From Candidatus Marinacidobacterium sp. (GTDB lineage Bacteria; Acidobacteriota; Vicinamibacteria; Marinacidobacterales; Marinacidobacteraceae), in contig OZ242011.1 of assembly GCA_965204755.1 (NCBI GenBank), positions 608,001 through 672,000 of the forward strand: DNA of 64,000 bases. The letters run 5' to 3'. Position 1 is the stretch's first letter; each line of letters begins with the position of its first letter. The notes under the pieces are model-generated. The model was given only the letters and a program-made list of their open reading frames with translations, made no database searches and was not told the DNA's origin. This document shows positions 61,942 to 64,000 of the stretch, in pieces. The position numbers were made by a program, and so were the translations under genes.

Positions 61942-63285
61942 TTACCCCGGCCGGCAGTCTTCGGCGCTCAGCCCGCGGAAGCCGAGCACCCGGACCATGG
62001 ACTCATGCACCTTGACATCCGGCGTCGAGGCGCCGGAGGTGAGGCCGATGCGCACCGGGCCTTCCGGGAGCCAGCCCCGGGCGACCGCTTCGGGCACGGG
62101 CTGGCCGGGGGCGCCGTTCGTCCGGGCGCCGGCCGGACGGAACCGGATCTCTTCGGCGGAAACCAGGCAGGACGGCTCGGCGATGTGGTAGGTCGGGAAC
62201 TTCTCCGCGCACAGGTGCGCGAGGTGCGCGGTGTTCGAGGAGTTGTAACCCCCGACCACCAGCATCAGGTCGAGATCCTCGCGCAGCAACTCGACGACCG
62301 CGTCCTGGCGGTCCTGGGTGGCGCTGCAGATCGTGTCGAACGAACGGAACCGCTCCGCGCATTCCTCTTCGCCGTACCGGCGCAGCATGGACTTCCCCAA
62401 CTCCGCGGCGATCGCCAGGGACTCGCTGCCGAGCATGGTGGTCTGGTTGGCGAGTCCGATCCGACCGAGGTCCCGATCGGGGTCGAACCCTTCGGACACC
62501 GCCGGCCCGAACCGGTCGAGGAAGGCCGCGCGGTCGGGAGGCGGGTTTCCCGGAGCGCCGGCCTCGATGTACCGACAGACCGCGCGCGTCTCCTCCATGT
62601 CGCGGACGACCAGGTAAGCGCCGGCGCGAGAAACGGTGGCGCGGGTCTCTTCGTGGGCGTACTTCCCGTGGACCACGGAAGTGCGCCCGTCGCGCCGGTA
62701 CCGCTCCACATTCTTCCAGACATTCAGCACGGAACCGCAGGTCGTATCCACCAGGATCGAGCCCCGGCGGCGCAGGGTTTCGAGTTCCTCGACCGCGACG
62801 CCGAAAGCCGGAAGCAGCACCACATCCACCGGGCCGAGCGAGGCGAACCGCTCCTCCGGCGAACCCTCACCATCGAGGAAGCGGACCCCCATCTCGGTGA
62901 GGCGGCGGTTCACATACGGATTGTGGATGATCTCGCCGGTGATGAACAGCAGCCGTCCGGGAAACCGGAGGCGCGCTTCGTAGGCGTACTCGACCGCCCG
63001 GTCCACGCCGTAACAGAAGCCGAACTCCGTCGCGAGTCGGAACAAGACCTCCCCGGCGCGGAGGCGGTGCCCGCACTCCCGCGCGAACCGGACGAGGTGG
63101 CCGGTGTAGTCGTGTTCGAGCGGCGCGGCGACTTCCTTCTTCAGCCCCAGCCCGCGCCGGTAGTGGACGCCCGGCGCCGGGGCGTCGGAGACGCCGCCCG
63201 CCGGGCCCGGAAGCGGGGGAGGCGCGCCGGCGCGGCCGCGCCGGGCGCCGGATTCGGCGGGCGCTGCGGCGGGCGGAACGGTCAT
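61942..63285 (-). CDS. ispH: 4-hydroxy-3-methylbut-2-enyl diphosphate reductase
   Basis: FGFCYGVDRA, EIIHN, DTTC, HEET, NQTTM, DTICSATQDRQ, SSNT and SGASTP. Confidence 0.92.
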   Translation of the reverse strand: MTVPPAAAPAESGARRGRAGAPPPLPGPAGGVSDAPAPGVHYRRGLGLKKEVAAPLEHDYTGHLVRFARECGHRLRAGEVLFRLATEFGFCYGVDRAVEYAYEARLRFPGRLLFITGEIIHNPYVNRRLTEMGVRFLDGEGSPEERFASLGPVDVVLLPAFGVAVEELETLRRRGSILVDTTCGSVLNVWKNVERYRRDGRTSVVHGKYAHEETRATVSRAGAYLVVRDMEETRAVCRYIEAGAPGNPPPDRAAFLDRFGPAVSEGFDPDRDLGRIGLANQTTMLGSESLAIAAELGKSMLRRYGEEECAERFRSFDTICSATQDRQDAVVELLREDLDLMLVVGGYNSSNTAHLAHLCAEKFPTYHIAEPSCLVSAEEIRFRPAGARTNGAPGQPVPEAVARGWLPEGPVRIGLTSGASTPDVKVHESMVRVLGFRGLSAEDCRPG

Positions 63286-63333
63286 CGGGCAGTCATCCGG
63301 ACAGTCGTCCGGGCAGTCATCCGGGCAGTCATT
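63281..63333. repeat. 4x ~12-bp tandem repeat (atgactgcccgg on the minus strand) directly upstream of the ispH ATG
   Basis: gggcagtcatcc / ggacagtcgtcc / gggcagtcatcc / gggcagtcat read directly from the sequence. Confidence 0.85.
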
Positions 63334-63402
63334 TCGGGCGGCCCCGGATGATACTCCGCCGGCGGGCTTCCCCGGCCCGCTCCTGCTACAATCGGGGCGC
63401 TC

Positions 63403-63753
63403 ATGCAGGATGTCCTGATCACCGGGCCGCGCAAGCGGCAGCCGAAGATCCTGGCCTATGTGGACTCGGGCAAGTGCTTCGGGCGCGGCTGCGAGATGTG
63501 CATCGCAGTGTGCCCGGTGCAGGACTGCATCACGCTGGTTCCCGACCCGGAACCGCGCTCCGCGGGGCAGGTCTGCGAAGTGAATGTGGAAACCTGCATC
63601 GGCTGCCAACTGTGCGCCAAGTTCTGTCCGCCGGACTACGACGCGGTGCACATGTTCCCCCACGACGAGGGGATCCGGCTGGCCGAAGAGCGCGAGCGCT
63701 CCTACGAGTACCGGCAGTACAAGAAAAAGCCGGGCGAAGCGCTCGCGCGTTAG
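63403..63753 (+). CDS. 2x[4Fe-4S] ferredoxin
   Basis: CFGRGCEMCIAVCP and CIGCQLCAKFCP; TGcTACAAT extended -10 at 63384-63392. Confidence 0.85.
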   Translation: MQDVLITGPRKRQPKILAYVDSGKCFGRGCEMCIAVCPVQDCITLVPDPEPRSAGQVCEVNVETCIGCQLCAKFCPPDYDAVHMFPHDEGIRLAEERERSYEYRQYKKKPGEALAR

Positions 63754-63861
63754 CAGGCGGCGGGAAGGGCGCCCCGCCCTCCGCTCCTCGACCACCGGGT
63801 ACCAAGTCGCCGGTCGGCGCTTCGCGCCGGCGAGCGCTCCCCGGATCTTCCCTGCGGGCTG
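63754..63861. mobile_element. MITE-like element copy 5 (internally deleted, ~108 bp)
   Basis: Starts right after the ferredoxin TAG: gcgccccgccctccgctcctcgac...caagtc joined to ccggtcggcgcttcgcgccg...ctccccgga...cgggctg. Confidence 0.65.
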
Positions 63862-64000
63862 CCGACGGTAGGCGTTCCGGCTCGAGGCGTTCCGGCTCGC
63901 CCCGGGCGCCGGGAGCGGCGGGAACTCGATCCCAGCCGCGAGGCCGGCGCCCTACCTTCCGTCGGCCGGTTCCGGGAAGCGGACGAAAGCGCCGCGTTCC

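Overview
High-GC (roughly 70%+) bacterial chromosome segment. The TonB-receptor type, GWxTD, DUF2911 and VPS10-like genes suggest Acidobacteriota (inference). Housekeeping blocks: sucC-mdh-icd; boxC-boxB-thiolase; lpdA-lipB-E1beta-E2-lipA; nadE; ECF sigma/anti-sigma/PDZ; argR-argC-argD-argF'-argB; uvrB; ispH plus a ferredoxin. Accessory content: a cluster of ATPase/toxin-like genes at 6.2-10.6 kb and a four-gene islet at 51-55 kb made of two convergent ABC-ATPase + putative nuclease pairs (candidate defence system). The strongest non-gene signals are: (1) a structured ~221-bp MITE-like family with five copies, one of which is inserted exactly in frame (225 bp, 75 codons, CTAA duplication) inside a DEDDh exonuclease-BRCT gene; (2) apparent near-total avoidance of ACGT and AGCT, achieved by synonymous codon choice; (3) tandem duplications at start codons that create coupled mini-ORFs, and apparent CTG starts for lipA and lipB; (4) several proteins with altered catalytic or selectivity motifs. 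I saw no rRNA, tRNA, CRISPR array or transposase. All product calls come from motif recognition, not database searches.
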